Assembly (NCBI GenBank): GCA_963714015.1
Contig: OY970223.1
Location: forward strand, 1,792,001-1,856,000
Reading direction: 5' to 3'
DNA: 64,000 nucleotides
DNA from: Vulcanimicrobiota bacterium
GTDB taxonomy: Bacteria; Vulcanimicrobiota; Vulcanimicrobiia; Vulcanimicrobiales; Vulcanimicrobiaceae
The notes under the pieces are model-generated. The model did no database searches and was not told where the DNA came from. It worked only from the letters and a program-made list of their open reading frames with translations. This document shows, piece after piece, positions 29,979 to 39,193 of the stretch; position 1 is the stretch's first letter, and each line of letters begins with the position of its first letter. The position numbers and the translations under genes are program-made.

Positions 29979-31261
29979 AGGTTATCGTCGAGTGCGCTCG
30001 AGCACTGGTCCAAGGAGAAGAACGGCGCGATTTCGCCTTCGCGATCGACGGCGATCGCATCGCGGCAATCGATTCGCCTGAGGCGCTCAAAAAGCGGTAT
30101 ACCGATGCTGAGTTGCGCGCGTACGGCGAGCGCGTCGCCGTCCTCCCCGGATTCGTCAACGGCCATAGCCATGCGTACCAAATTCTGATGCGGGGATGGG
30201 CCGACGATCTTGCGTTCGACCGGTGGCGCAGCGATGCGCTGTACAAAGTCGTCCCGCAACTCACGCCCGAGCAGATCTATTGGACCTTCCGGCTCGCTTT
30301 CGACGAAATGCTGGCGGCCGGCATTACGACCGTTGCCGAGTTTTTCTATTTGAACGGAGCCGGAAATGCGCACGCGCGCGAAGCGATACGGGCGGCCGGC
30401 GACAGCGGCATTCGCCTGGTTTTTGCGCGCGCATGGATGGATGCCGGCTATGCCCCGGCGGCATTCCGCGAAACGATCGACCAAGCGCGCGAGCGCACGG
30501 AAGAGCTGATCGCGGAATTTCCGGGCGTGCATGTGTGCGTCGCGCCGCACTCGCTGCATGCCGCGTCGCCTGAAATGATCCGTGAAGCGTCCGCGTTTGC
30601 AGCGGCGCACGATTGCATGATGCACGTTCACGTTGCGGAGGCGGCGTACGAAGGCGAGGAGACCGTGCGGCGGTTCGGCCTGAGCCCTATCCGGCTGCTG
30701 CAAGATCTGGATGCGCTGAACGAGCGCACGATCGCGATCCACGCGATCTACGTCGACGGCGATGAGAAGCAGTTGCTTGCGCAATCCGGCGCTCGCGTCA
30801 TTCACAATCCGATGACGAATCAGTATTTGGGCGACGGGATCTGCGACGTTATCGCGTTGCGCGCCCTTGGGGTGCCCGTCGGCCTGGGCACCGACGCGGA
30901 TGTTAGTCCGTCCGTGATCGACGAGATGCGCGCCGCATCGCTGCTGCAGAAGATTGCGCGGCTGGACGGCAGCGCGCTCGGTGCGCATGCTGCATTCAAC
31001 CTGGGAACGTCGGATGGGGCTCGCGCCCTGCGCGCCGGCGCCGGAGACTTTTGCGTCGGGGCTTTTGCCGACTACGTCGCAATCGATCTGGTCGCTGCCG
31101 ATCCCTGGGTCCCGCTCTGCAATCAAATCGTATACCGCTCGCAAAGCCGTGACGTGCGCGAAACCTACGTGGGAGGCAAACTCGCGTGGTCCCGCGATTG
31201 CGAGCAACCACCCGAAGCGCTGGAAGCCGTTCGCGCACTCTTACCGCTGCTGACGCTCTGA
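29975..31261 (+). CDS. amidohydrolase family protein (formimidoylglutamate deiminase HutF-like by context)
   Basis: PGFVNGHSHAYQ, GITTVAEF, APHSLHA, HVHVAE, LGTD; coupled to hutI. Confidence 0.75.
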   Translation: MKVIVECARALVQGEERRDFAFAIDGDRIAAIDSPEALKKRYTDAELRAYGERVAVLPGFVNGHSHAYQILMRGWADDLAFDRWRSDALYKVVPQLTPEQIYWTFRLAFDEMLAAGITTVAEFFYLNGAGNAHAREAIRAAGDSGIRLVFARAWMDAGYAPAAFRETIDQARERTEELIAEFPGVHVCVAPHSLHAASPEMIREASAFAAAHDCMMHVHVAEAAYEGEETVRRFGLSPIRLLQDLDALNERTIAIHAIYVDGDEKQLLAQSGARVIHNPMTNQYLGDGICDVIALRALGVPVGLGTDADVSPSVIDEMRAASLLQKIARLDGSALGAHAAFNLGTSDGARALRAGAGDFCVGAFADYVAIDLVAADPWVPLCNQIVYRSQSRDVRETYVGGKLAWSRDCEQPPEALEAVRALLPLLTL

Positions 31262-31265
31262 ACCG

Positions 31266-31306
31266 GAAAATAAAGAGCGCCGCGCATCCTGCCCGGCACT
31301 CTTTTT
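31266..31306. terminator. probable bidirectional intrinsic terminator after the hut operon
   Basis: AAAGAG-C-GCCG-C-GCA/TGC-C-CGGC-A-CTCTTT hairpin with T run on + and TTTATTTT on -. Confidence 0.55.
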
Positions 31307-31441
31307 CTGCCCACTGGCGCCAAGTATACCCGGCAATGCGGTCGTCTAACGTAAAAATGTTCGCAAGAAAACCATAAATTCGCGGAACTTGGCACTGTTC
31401 GCATCCGATGACGCCGGTCCGGTGTAAGCCACAATAATGTA

Positions 31442-31623
31442 AGCTTCGCCGTTCCCCCGGTTCGGAGGATACCGCCGTCGTGCGTTACTTCGTCGGTGTC
31501 TCCCGTTTTGTGCGCGAACACGTCGCCCGAAGCAGACGGGGCGAGAGTTTCGTGTTCCATTGCTGTCCCGCCCGGTCGATAACACGAAGGACAGGAGCCA
31601 GAGTCCAACTCCTCTGGCGAAGT
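31442..31623. ncRNA. candidate ~180-nt structured RNA element in a ~480-bp intergenic region
   Basis: nested pairings CTTCGCC/GGCGAAG, GGAGGA/TCCTCT, CTTCGT/ACGAAG, GAACACG/CGTGTTC, TCGCCC/GGGCGA; strand unresolved. Confidence 0.35.
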
Positions 31624-31672
31624 CGATTACCTCGGCGGCCGAGAGAGCAAGCGTCAAACTCCTGCCGGTTGC

Positions 31673-31736
31673 GCAAGTAAGTACTTGCACTCACCAAACA
31701 AGTATGCTATTCTGTGCGTGCAAGTACGTACTTGCA
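31673..31736 (+). promoter_or_regulatory. sigma70 promoter flanked by two palindromic operators (probably for the TetR at 32685)
   Basis: GCAAGTA-AG-TACTTGC 31673-31688; TTGCAC-17-TATTCT (31685-31713); perfect TGCAAGTACGTACTTGCA 31719-31736. Confidence 0.75.
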
Positions 31737-31747
31737 GAGAAAGCGAC

Positions 31748-32026
31748 ATGGAAACCAAGATTTTCAGCTATATAGATGCAGCCCCCTCGGCAGTCGAAGC
31801 GCTCCGCAGCCGGGTGCTCGCGGCCTTCAGGCGCGGGTACCGCGTCATCCTAGACCTTGACGAGCTGCCCGAGCTGGACAACCCGGCGCTCCGGGGTCTC
31901 ATTTTGGTCGTGCGCGGAGCGCGCGCCGCGGGCGGCAGCCTAGCGCTGTTCGTCACGCGTCCGGAGCATCGGCAGATGCTGCAACTGACCGCACTCGATC
32001 GCATCGTCGAGGTTGCGGCATGCTGA
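31748..32026 (+). CDS. STAS-domain protein (anti-sigma-factor antagonist-like)
   Basis: VILDLDELPELDNPALRGL...GGSLAL...LQLTALDRI; ATG 31748. Confidence 0.7.
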   Translation: METKIFSYIDAAPSAVEALRSRVLAAFRRGYRVILDLDELPELDNPALRGLILVVRGARAAGGSLALFVTRPEHRQMLQLTALDRIVEVAAC

Positions 32027-32688
32027 GCCGCCGGATTGCCGGGCTTTTCGTCGGGTTGACGCTCCTCGCCGGCGGAGCCGCTGCCGCAAGTATGTCGCCG
32101 CCTCCGGTGCCGATGAACGCGGATGCCATCATGAATCGCATGGAAGCGCGAAACCCGTCGCTCCAGTCGTTCCAGGCGCGCGTGCACGTGAACACGCACA
32201 TGCAAACGTTTCCGTGGCTCTCTCCGGCGCTCGATGGTACCGCGTACTTCAAGCGGCCGGACAATTACGAAGTCGTCTTCGATCGCGTGCCCTCTTATGC
32301 GCACGGCATCAACAAACTCTTCGGAGACATCGGCGATCCCGTCGCGTGGAAGCGCGACTCCGACGTTTCGTACGAAGGCGTTACGAACCTCGGCGGGCGG
32401 CCGGAATTGACGCTGCGGCTCATAAAGAAAATTCATAGCGATCAGGTCCTCGACACGGTAGCATACGTCGACCCGGGGACGTATCAGGTTGCGCGCATGG
32501 ATTTCCATTACACCAACGGGGGCGTCATCTCAATGACGCAAACGTACAAGGACGAGGGGCCGTACAGCGTAATCGCTTCGCAGCATGCCGACATTCAGAT
32601 TCCGCACGTCCATGCGCTCGCCGATGCCACTTTCGGAACGTATCAAACCAACGTTGCGGTCAGCGACGCGGTGTTCAGCAGCAAATGA
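32020..32688 (+). CDS. exported LolA-like protein
   Basis: signal peptide; LQSFQARV...GTAYFKRPD...YVDP-TY...AVSDAVF pattern of LolA-fold proteins. Confidence 0.6.
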   Translation: MLSRRIAGLFVGLTLLAGGAAAASMSPPPVPMNADAIMNRMEARNPSLQSFQARVHVNTHMQTFPWLSPALDGTAYFKRPDNYEVVFDRVPSYAHGINKLFGDIGDPVAWKRDSDVSYEGVTNLGGRPELTLRLIKKIHSDQVLDTVAYVDPGTYQVARMDFHYTNGGVISMTQTYKDEGPYSVIASQHADIQIPHVHALADATFGTYQTNVAVSDAVFSSK

Positions 32689-33296
32689 TGCTTCCCGAAA
32701 CGCACCCGCCGCGAACTCCCGAAGAGACCCGCAATCGCATCCTCGCCGCAACCCGGCAGCTCTTTGCGAAGAAGGGCCGGCGTGGGACCACCACGCGTGA
32801 GATCGCCGAAGTCGCAGGCGTCAACGAAGCCACGCTTTTTCGTCATTTCGGCAACAAGGACGCGCTGATCGAGGCGTGCGCCGAACATTACTGTGCTGCA
32901 GTCCAGCTTCAGGAGACCCTCGGGAGCCTTGACGGCGATTTGGAGCAAGACTTGCACATCATCGCCGTCGTTTTGGCGGAGCGGATGGAACAGGTTCGCG
33001 ATTTGATCGTCATGTCGCTCTCCGACGAGGAAACCGAGAGCGCAATCGGTTCGGCAGCTTGGCGCGGCCCTGCAGCGATCCGGCAGCTGCTCACGGAGTA
33101 CATGGCAAAACGCGTTGCGAGCGGCGAGCTTGCGGGCGATCCGCTGCTGCTGGCCCGATTTTTTATGGGGATGATCTTCGCACACGTCATCGGACGAAAG
33201 AAAATGCCGGAACTCTCGTACACAATAGACCAAATTATAGATTTTCAAGTAAGCGTTTTTTTGAACGGCGTTAGAAAGCAGAAAGAAGCACGATGA
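32685..33296 (+). CDS. TetR/AcrR family transcriptional regulator
   Basis: [39 protein letters not shown]. Confidence 0.92.
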   Translation: [203 protein letters not shown]

Positions 33297-34558
33297 ACAC
33301 GCGCGAGCGCGAACAAGAGCAGGCCAACGGCGCGGCAACGCCCGCTAAGAACGTGAACGTGGAGACGATGGAAACGCAGACCAGTTCCAAACGCAACCTT
33401 CGTCCGGTCTTTCTGGTGGTCGGGGTAATCGTCGCGATCCTCATCGTTATCTGGGCTGTGCGCTACTTCATGTACGCAAGCGTGCATCAAACGACCGATG
33501 ACGCCCGAGTGGACGCGAATACGGTCGCGGTCACGAGCAAGATTCAGGAACGCGTCGATCGGATTCTGGTCGACACAGATCAGCCCGTACGCAAAGGCCA
33601 GTTGCTGATCGTGCTGGACAATGCCGACGAACGCACGAAGCTCGCGCAGGCCCAAGCGAATTTGCAACTCGCGCAGCAGAATCAGCAGGCCGGCGTGACG
33701 CAAGGTTCCGGCGGCGTCTCTCAAGCCCAAGCCGACGTGCAAAATGCGCAGGCCAACGTTCCGGTTGCGCAAGCCGGCGTGGCGGAAGCGCAGGCGCAAG
33801 TTCAGGCGGCGATGGCCGCGCTTCCCGGAGCGCGCCAGTCGATGGCGGAGGCTGCGGCAAATCTTCAGCGCACGCAGTCGCTCGTCAAATCGGGGGACTT
33901 GGCAAAGGAACAGCTTGACGCAGCGCAAGCACAGTACGCGCAAGCGCAGTCGCAATACCGGGCAGCGCAGGACAACGTCAACGTCGCCCAGGCTAACCTG
34001 AGTGCGGCGCAGCAGAAAGTCGGCGCAGCGCAGGCGGGTGTCGGTGCGGCGCAAGGCGGCGCCCAGGCCGCGCAAGGCAAACTGAGTCAGGCCCAGGCTC
34101 CCGCCCAGATCTCGACGCAAGTCGAGGCCGTTGCCCTGGCCAAGCAAAACTTGGGCTACACGAAAATTTATTCGCCCATCGACGGATTCGTGGGCGAGAA
34201 GAGCGTCGAAATCGGTCAGGTCGTCAGCGCCGGCATGACGCTGCTCACACTGGTTCCGAACAACGTCTTCATCACTGCGAACTTCAAGGAAACGCAGGTC
34301 GGAAACATGCATCCCGGCCAGCCCGTCGACATCCACGTCGACGCCTATAAAGGGACGACGTTTCAAGGTAAGGTCGATTCAATCAATCCGGCCTCGCAGA
34401 ACACCTATGCACTCGTTCCGTCGCAAAACTCGACCGGAAACTTCGTGAAAGTCACGCAGCGGATTCCGGTGAAGATCGTCTTCGACTCCGGAACGGACTT
34501 GAATCGGTACCCGATGCGCCCCGGCATGTCGGTCGAGACTTCGGTTCTCGTGAAGTAA
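33293..34558 (+). CDS. HlyD/EmrA-family membrane fusion protein
   Basis: single TM, TDDARV, long A/Q coiled coil, ANFKETQ, NSTGNFVKVTQRIPV, RPGMSV. Confidence 0.9.
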   Translation: MNTREREQEQANGAATPAKNVNVETMETQTSSKRNLRPVFLVVGVIVAILIVIWAVRYFMYASVHQTTDDARVDANTVAVTSKIQERVDRILVDTDQPVRKGQLLIVLDNADERTKLAQAQANLQLAQQNQQAGVTQGSGGVSQAQADVQNAQANVPVAQAGVAEAQAQVQAAMAALPGARQSMAEAAANLQRTQSLVKSGDLAKEQLDAAQAQYAQAQSQYRAAQDNVNVAQANLSAAQQKVGAAQAGVGAAQGGAQAAQGKLSQAQAPAQISTQVEAVALAKQNLGYTKIYSPIDGFVGEKSVEIGQVVSAGMTLLTLVPNNVFITANFKETQVGNMHPGQPVDIHVDAYKGTTFQGKVDSINPASQNTYALVPSQNSTGNFVKVTQRIPVKIVFDSGTDLNRYPMRPGMSVETSVLVK

Positions 34559-34560
34559 AC

Positions 34561-36171
34561 ATGGAAGCGGTTCACAAAGCGCGGCAGGTGGCTAAGCACA
34601 GCCACCTAGCGGCGCAGCGCCCAAAAAGCGCCGTTCCCGCCTACGAGCCGGTCATCGAATACGGCTGGCGCCGGGCAATAGTAACGCTCGCGGTGATCAC
34701 CGCAACCATGCTCGAGATTATCGACACCACTATAGTCAACGTCGCGCTGCCGAACATCCAAGGAAACTTCGGCGTTGCAGTGGACCAAGGCGCGTGGGTC
34801 GTTACCGGTTACATCATCGCGAACGTCATCGTGATTCCGATCACGCCATGGCTGCAGGCGCGATTCGGCCGCCGCCGATACTATATGGCATCCATTCTGA
34901 TCTTCACGTTTTCGTCGATCATGTGCGGATTGGCCGGAAGTTTCAATCAGCTCGTGTTTTGGCGGCTCGTACAAGGATTGGGCGGCGGCGGTCTGATCTC
35001 GACGTCGCAGGCAATATTGCGCGAGACCTACCCGCAGCGCGAACAAGGTAAGGCTCAGGGAATCTTCTCTATGGGCGTTATCGTCGGGCCCGCGCTCGGT
35101 CCTTTGCTCGGCGGCATCATCACCGACAATCTGACGTGGCGCTGGGCGTTCTTCATCAACATCCCGATCGGTTTGCTGGCGGCTGCGGCCGTATTCTTCG
35201 TGCTGCGCAATCCAGCGCCGCCGCAGCATGGCAAGCGGTTGGATTGGACGGCCTTGGGGCTGCTCGCGATGGGTCTTGGTTCATTGCAATACGTACTCGA
35301 TCAAGGTCAGCAGTACGACTGGTTCGCCGACCCAAACATTCGGATTTTCAGCGTGGCGGCGGCTGTTTGTCTCGTCGGGTTCGTGATCTGGACGCTTCGC
35401 TCGCGCATTCCCATCGTCGATTTGCACGTGCTGCGCTATCGCGAAGTCGCGGCCGGAAGCCTTTTGGGCGCGGTGCTGGGCATCAGCATTTACGGCTCGG
35501 TGCTGATTCTGCCGCAATACGTGCAGAATTCGCTCGGATTTACTGCAACGCTGTCGGGCGAGACGATTTTGATCCGCGCTCTGGCCATTGCGGCTCTTAC
35601 GCCGGTTGCCGCGATTCTGGCAAGCGGCGGGCGGGTCGATTCGCGCTGGATGATCTTCAGCGGCTTCGTCCTATTGGGGATTTCGAATTGGATGCTGGCG
35701 AGCGTGACGACGCCGCAGTCGTCGTTTTGGACGTTCGGTGCATCACTCATAGTCAGCGGTCTCGGCCTCTCGCAAATCTTCGTACCGCTCTCTATCGCGG
35801 TGCTGGGTGCCGTGCCGCCCAAGGATGTTCCATCGGCGTCCGCATTCTTCAATCTCGCTCGACAAGTCGGAGGCAGCATAGCGACCGCGGTGCTCGTTAC
35901 GGTCCTCGTTCGTGGAGTAACGGACCATCAAGCTGCGCTTAGCGCCGGCGTCACGCTTCATGCGGGCGCCGTGCAGCAGTATCTGCAGTCAAACGGCGGC
36001 GATCGCTCCGTTTCGGCATTACAGGGTCTGGCGAATCTGGTCACGCAGCAGGCGTATGTCTTGTCGTACGCCGACACCTCGCGATTGACCGCACTCATTA
36101 CGCTCGTGCTCGCGCCCTTGGTCGTGCTGATGCGCCGGCCGCGCCCGCACGTCGCGGCTACAGTTGAATAG
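34561..36171 (+). CDS. DHA2 family MFS efflux permease (EmrB-like)
   Basis: IDTTIVNVALP, GPALGPLLGG-ITDN-TWRWAFFIN. Confidence 0.9.
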   Translation: MEAVHKARQVAKHSHLAAQRPKSAVPAYEPVIEYGWRRAIVTLAVITATMLEIIDTTIVNVALPNIQGNFGVAVDQGAWVVTGYIIANVIVIPITPWLQARFGRRRYYMASILIFTFSSIMCGLAGSFNQLVFWRLVQGLGGGGLISTSQAILRETYPQREQGKAQGIFSMGVIVGPALGPLLGGIITDNLTWRWAFFINIPIGLLAAAAVFFVLRNPAPPQHGKRLDWTALGLLAMGLGSLQYVLDQGQQYDWFADPNIRIFSVAAAVCLVGFVIWTLRSRIPIVDLHVLRYREVAAGSLLGAVLGISIYGSVLILPQYVQNSLGFTATLSGETILIRALAIAALTPVAAILASGGRVDSRWMIFSGFVLLGISNWMLASVTTPQSSFWTFGASLIVSGLGLSQIFVPLSIAVLGAVPPKDVPSASAFFNLARQVGGSIATAVLVTVLVRGVTDHQAALSAGVTLHAGAVQQYLQSNGGDRSVSALQGLANLVTQQAYVLSYADTSRLTALITLVLAPLVVLMRRPRPHVAATVE

Positions 36172-36180
36172 GAGTTTTTC

Positions 36181-37944
36181 GTGAATTTGATCGCAACGGT
36201 CGTGCTCTTGGCGCAGGCGGCGGTTCCTTCGCCGGCGCCCTCGCCGCAGCTTCCCGCTGTGCCGAACGTCGCGCCGGGCTATGCAGCCCCGGGCGTTACG
36301 CCGCCGCGGCCGGGAATCGTCGGCGTAACGCAAGCACCGTTCGTCGGCATCACACTGCAAAACGCGGTGGCCATGGCGCTCTCCAAAAATCCGGATCTTG
36401 CGGTGGCTCAAGCGAACCGGCGAATCGCGCAATACCAGATTGCGGCCGCGAAGGGCGCGTACGACATCCGTTTCTCCGTACAGCCGCAATATCAAGACAT
36501 CACGCAGCCTCCCGAGAACGAGTTTTTCGCGGGGCCGAACTTTACGCCGATTTCGCAGCAGGTTACGAGCCTTGGCGCGTCGGCCTCGGGCATGTTGCCG
36601 GGCGGTCAGCAATACTCGTTCAGCGCTTCCGCCAAGCAGTACTGGGACAACACGCAGATTAATACGTTCGATCCGTATTATCCGAGCGTTTTTTCGGTAA
36701 CCTTCTCACAGCCGCTCGGGAAGAACGGCCGAATCAATGACGTGACGCATCAAATTCAACTGGCCGCGATCAACGGTCAGGCGTCGAATGCGCAAACGAT
36801 GGTGACGGTGTCGTCGACGATATCGCAGGTCGAGGACACTTATTGGGACCTGGTGGCGGCCTGGCGCAATGTGGCCATCCAAGAGGAAGCGCTCAAGGAC
36901 ACGATCACCCAGCAGCACAGCAACGTGCGGCTCGCGCGCCAAGGCGCCAGCGCACCGATCGACGTGGTGCAGGCGGATACGCAGGTTGCGGTGTTTGAGG
37001 AGAACGTCTTTTCCGCATTGCAGAGCGTCGCTATGCTTCAGAATCAGCTCAAGTCCGAGCTGCTCAGTAATCCTAACGACGCGATTTGGAGCGCAAACCT
37101 TGTTCCGACTTCGCCGGCGCTGCAACTGCCCGCGCAGCCGTCGCTGACCGACCTGGTGACGCAGGCGCTGCGCAATCGTCCGGAGATCGCCCAGATTCGC
37201 GCGCTGCGCGCAACGGCCGACCAGAATCTGGCGTACGCGGAGAACCAGACCAAGCCTCAGTTCGATTTTCAGCTCGGGTACTCGAGCAACGGCTTCTCGG
37301 GAACGCCCGTCAACCCCGCGACGAGTCCTTTTCTGGCGAGCAGCGCGGATCAACTCATTGCGATCAATCAGTTGATCGCGGCGGTAAACAAAACATTGCC
37401 GCCGGCGCAGCAGATTCCGGCCGTTCCGAATTCCAACGTTCCGGTTCCCGCGTACCTGCAGGGCGGCCTGAGCCAGTCCATCAAGAATCTGCTTTCGAAT
37501 AAATTCCCCGTGTATTCGGCCGGTTTTCTAGTAACGTTTCCAGTCGGAAATACGACCGCTCGCGCCAACGTGGGCATCGCGGAGGAGCAAGAGCGCAGCG
37601 CCCTGATACAGCAGGCTTCGACGATTCAGCGCGTGACGATGGACGTTCGCAATGCCCTGCAATCCTATCAAAGCGCCCAGGCCCGGCTTATTGCGGCGCG
37701 GACGGCGCGTGAGGCTTCGGAACAAGTTCTGTCGAGTGAGGAGCGGCGTTTTCGCGCGGGGGCGTCGACGACGTTCTTGGTGCTGCAGCGCGAGATCGAG
37801 CTCGCGGACAATCGCGGCCTGGAACTGCAAGCGCAAACCGATCTGAACAAAGCTGTGGTAGAATTACAGCGGGCCAGCGGAACTATCGCGAGCGGGAATG
37901 ACGTTGATATTACGAATGTGGGAGAAGGAGCGCTGAAACCATGA
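36181..37944 (+). CDS. TolC family outer-membrane efflux protein
   Basis: ITLQNAVAMALSKNPDL, ALRNRPEI, EERRFRAGASTTFLVLQ. Confidence 0.88.
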   Translation: MNLIATVVLLAQAAVPSPAPSPQLPAVPNVAPGYAAPGVTPPRPGIVGVTQAPFVGITLQNAVAMALSKNPDLAVAQANRRIAQYQIAAAKGAYDIRFSVQPQYQDITQPPENEFFAGPNFTPISQQVTSLGASASGMLPGGQQYSFSASAKQYWDNTQINTFDPYYPSVFSVTFSQPLGKNGRINDVTHQIQLAAINGQASNAQTMVTVSSTISQVEDTYWDLVAAWRNVAIQEEALKDTITQQHSNVRLARQGASAPIDVVQADTQVAVFEENVFSALQSVAMLQNQLKSELLSNPNDAIWSANLVPTSPALQLPAQPSLTDLVTQALRNRPEIAQIRALRATADQNLAYAENQTKPQFDFQLGYSSNGFSGTPVNPATSPFLASSADQLIAINQLIAAVNKTLPPAQQIPAVPNSNVPVPAYLQGGLSQSIKNLLSNKFPVYSAGFLVTFPVGNTTARANVGIAEEQERSALIQQASTIQRVTMDVRNALQSYQSAQARLIAARTAREASEQVLSSEERRFRAGASTTFLVLQREIELADNRGLELQAQTDLNKAVVELQRASGTIASGNDVDITNVGEGALKP

Positions 37945-38097
37945 AAAACAAAGCCGCCTCGGCGCGAATGCGCGTGACCAAACGCATGGAGCGTAAACTG
38001 CAAGAGCGCAGCGCCGTCCTGTACACCCGCGAGCTGGAGCGTTGGAACACCCGGCCGCTTGGCCGGTAACGCGGTCGCTCAGGGGTATAGAGTTCCC

Positions 38098-38313
38098 ATG
38101 AGTGACGAGCTGAACAAAATCGTAAAGAATGCCGGCGACGCCATAAAAGAGGGCGTCCACCGCGGCGAAGCCGCCTCCGAGCGTGAGACGCGTGCCGAGT
38201 TCGGCGACGTGATGACTCCCGGAGAGAAGGGGGAATCGGTCGTCCGCGAAGTGTCGGGCGATCTGAAAGCGGAAGGCGATCGCCTCAAACGCGACGTGCG
38301 CAACGCAACGTAG
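38098..38313 (+). CDS. small hydrophilic hypothetical protein (71 aa)
   Basis: MSDELNKIVKNAGDAIKEGVHRGEA...MTPGEK...KRDVRNAT; charged and helical; GGGTAT 9 nt upstream. Confidence 0.65.
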   Translation: MSDELNKIVKNAGDAIKEGVHRGEAASERETRAEFGDVMTPGEKGESVVREVSGDLKAEGDRLKRDVRNAT

Positions 38314-38345
38314 GCGGTGAACGAAGGCCGGCCGCAAGCCGTTTC

Positions 38346-39143
38346 TCACTCGAGGTCCAGCAGCATCTCGTATTGGCGCAGCGGTTCCGACCAGCCGCCG
38401 GCGCGAGCGAGGGGCGTGATCGTGCTCTCGGCCGGTTCGTTCAAAATGAGCACGTTGCGCGATCGCGATCCGGAAACGGCATCCGCGAGCAGCGTCAGTT
38501 CGGTGAAGTTGTTCGCCCGCACTTTGAGCACTTGCGCCAGCTCCGCATTGTAGCGGAAGAGCGCGTAATTTCCGCGCATATCGCTCACGGCAGATGATAC
38601 GGCGCCGTTGCGCAGCGTTCCGCGTTCGCGCTGCCAGCAGGGCCGCACCGGATCCGGTTCGTCGATCAGTTCGTCCGGCTTCGAGGTCGTAAAGCCGAGC
38701 GGCGTGGCGCGTGCTTCGCCGGTACGCCGGAACGAGTAGAGCTCGCGGACCGTCTCAAATCCAGCGCTTCGGTATGTGGCGATTGCGGGCGCATTGTCGG
38801 TCAGGACTTCGAGCGCCAGACTCTTCATATCGCGCTCCCGCGCTGCTTCAACGAGCGATCGCAGCAATTGGGACGCGTAACCTTGGCCGCGGTACTCCGG
38901 CGCCACACCGAAACCGCCGATCCAGCCGCGTTTCCCGCGAATCGCGAGCAACGCGGCAGCCAGCACTTTTCCGGCCTCGTCGTACCAGAGCGGCGATGCC
39001 GCCGCGACCACGTCGTTGTACGACATGTGCAGGTGCAGCTGCTCGGAGCTGAACGTCACGGGCACCAAATACTCCTGAAAAACCCGGTTCAGCGCATTAG
39101 CGCCGTCTCCCACGGCTGCCTGCGCGAACGTCGAGCACCGCAT
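38346..39143 (-). CDS. GNAT family N-acetyltransferase
   Basis: FGVAPEYRGQGYA acetyl-CoA motif, LEVLTDNAPAIATYRSAGF. Confidence 0.85.
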   Translation of the reverse strand: MRCSTFAQAAVGDGANALNRVFQEYLVPVTFSSEQLHLHMSYNDVVAAASPLWYDEAGKVLAAALLAIRGKRGWIGGFGVAPEYRGQGYASQLLRSLVEAARERDMKSLALEVLTDNAPAIATYRSAGFETVRELYSFRRTGEARATPLGFTTSKPDELIDEPDPVRPCWQRERGTLRNGAVSSAVSDMRGNYALFRYNAELAQVLKVRANNFTELTLLADAVSGSRSRNVLILNEPAESTITPLARAGGWSEPLRQYEMLLDLE

Positions 39144-39193
39144 GAGGTACTTAGTTCGGTGTTACTTTTTGGACTCCGGGCATCGGCTCGGCG

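Noticed and set aside
31442..31623. Assignment as c-di-AMP (ydaO) or cobalamin riboswitch, RNase P, SRP or tmRNA
   Set aside because: Only fragments resemble these (GGTTCGGAGGATACCGC, CTGTCCCG, GAGCCAGA). The diagnostic cores are missing and a separate promoter lies between it and the next gene.
31165..31690. Minus-strand ORFs of 147 and 114 aa in the intergenic region
   Set aside because: No recognisable domain or convincing RBS, and the longer one crosses the terminator into the amidohydrolase gene.
33660..34100. Repetitive GCGCAG/GCGCAA-rich tract as a DNA repeat element
   Set aside because: Explained by the Ala/Gln coiled-coil hairpin of the membrane fusion protein.
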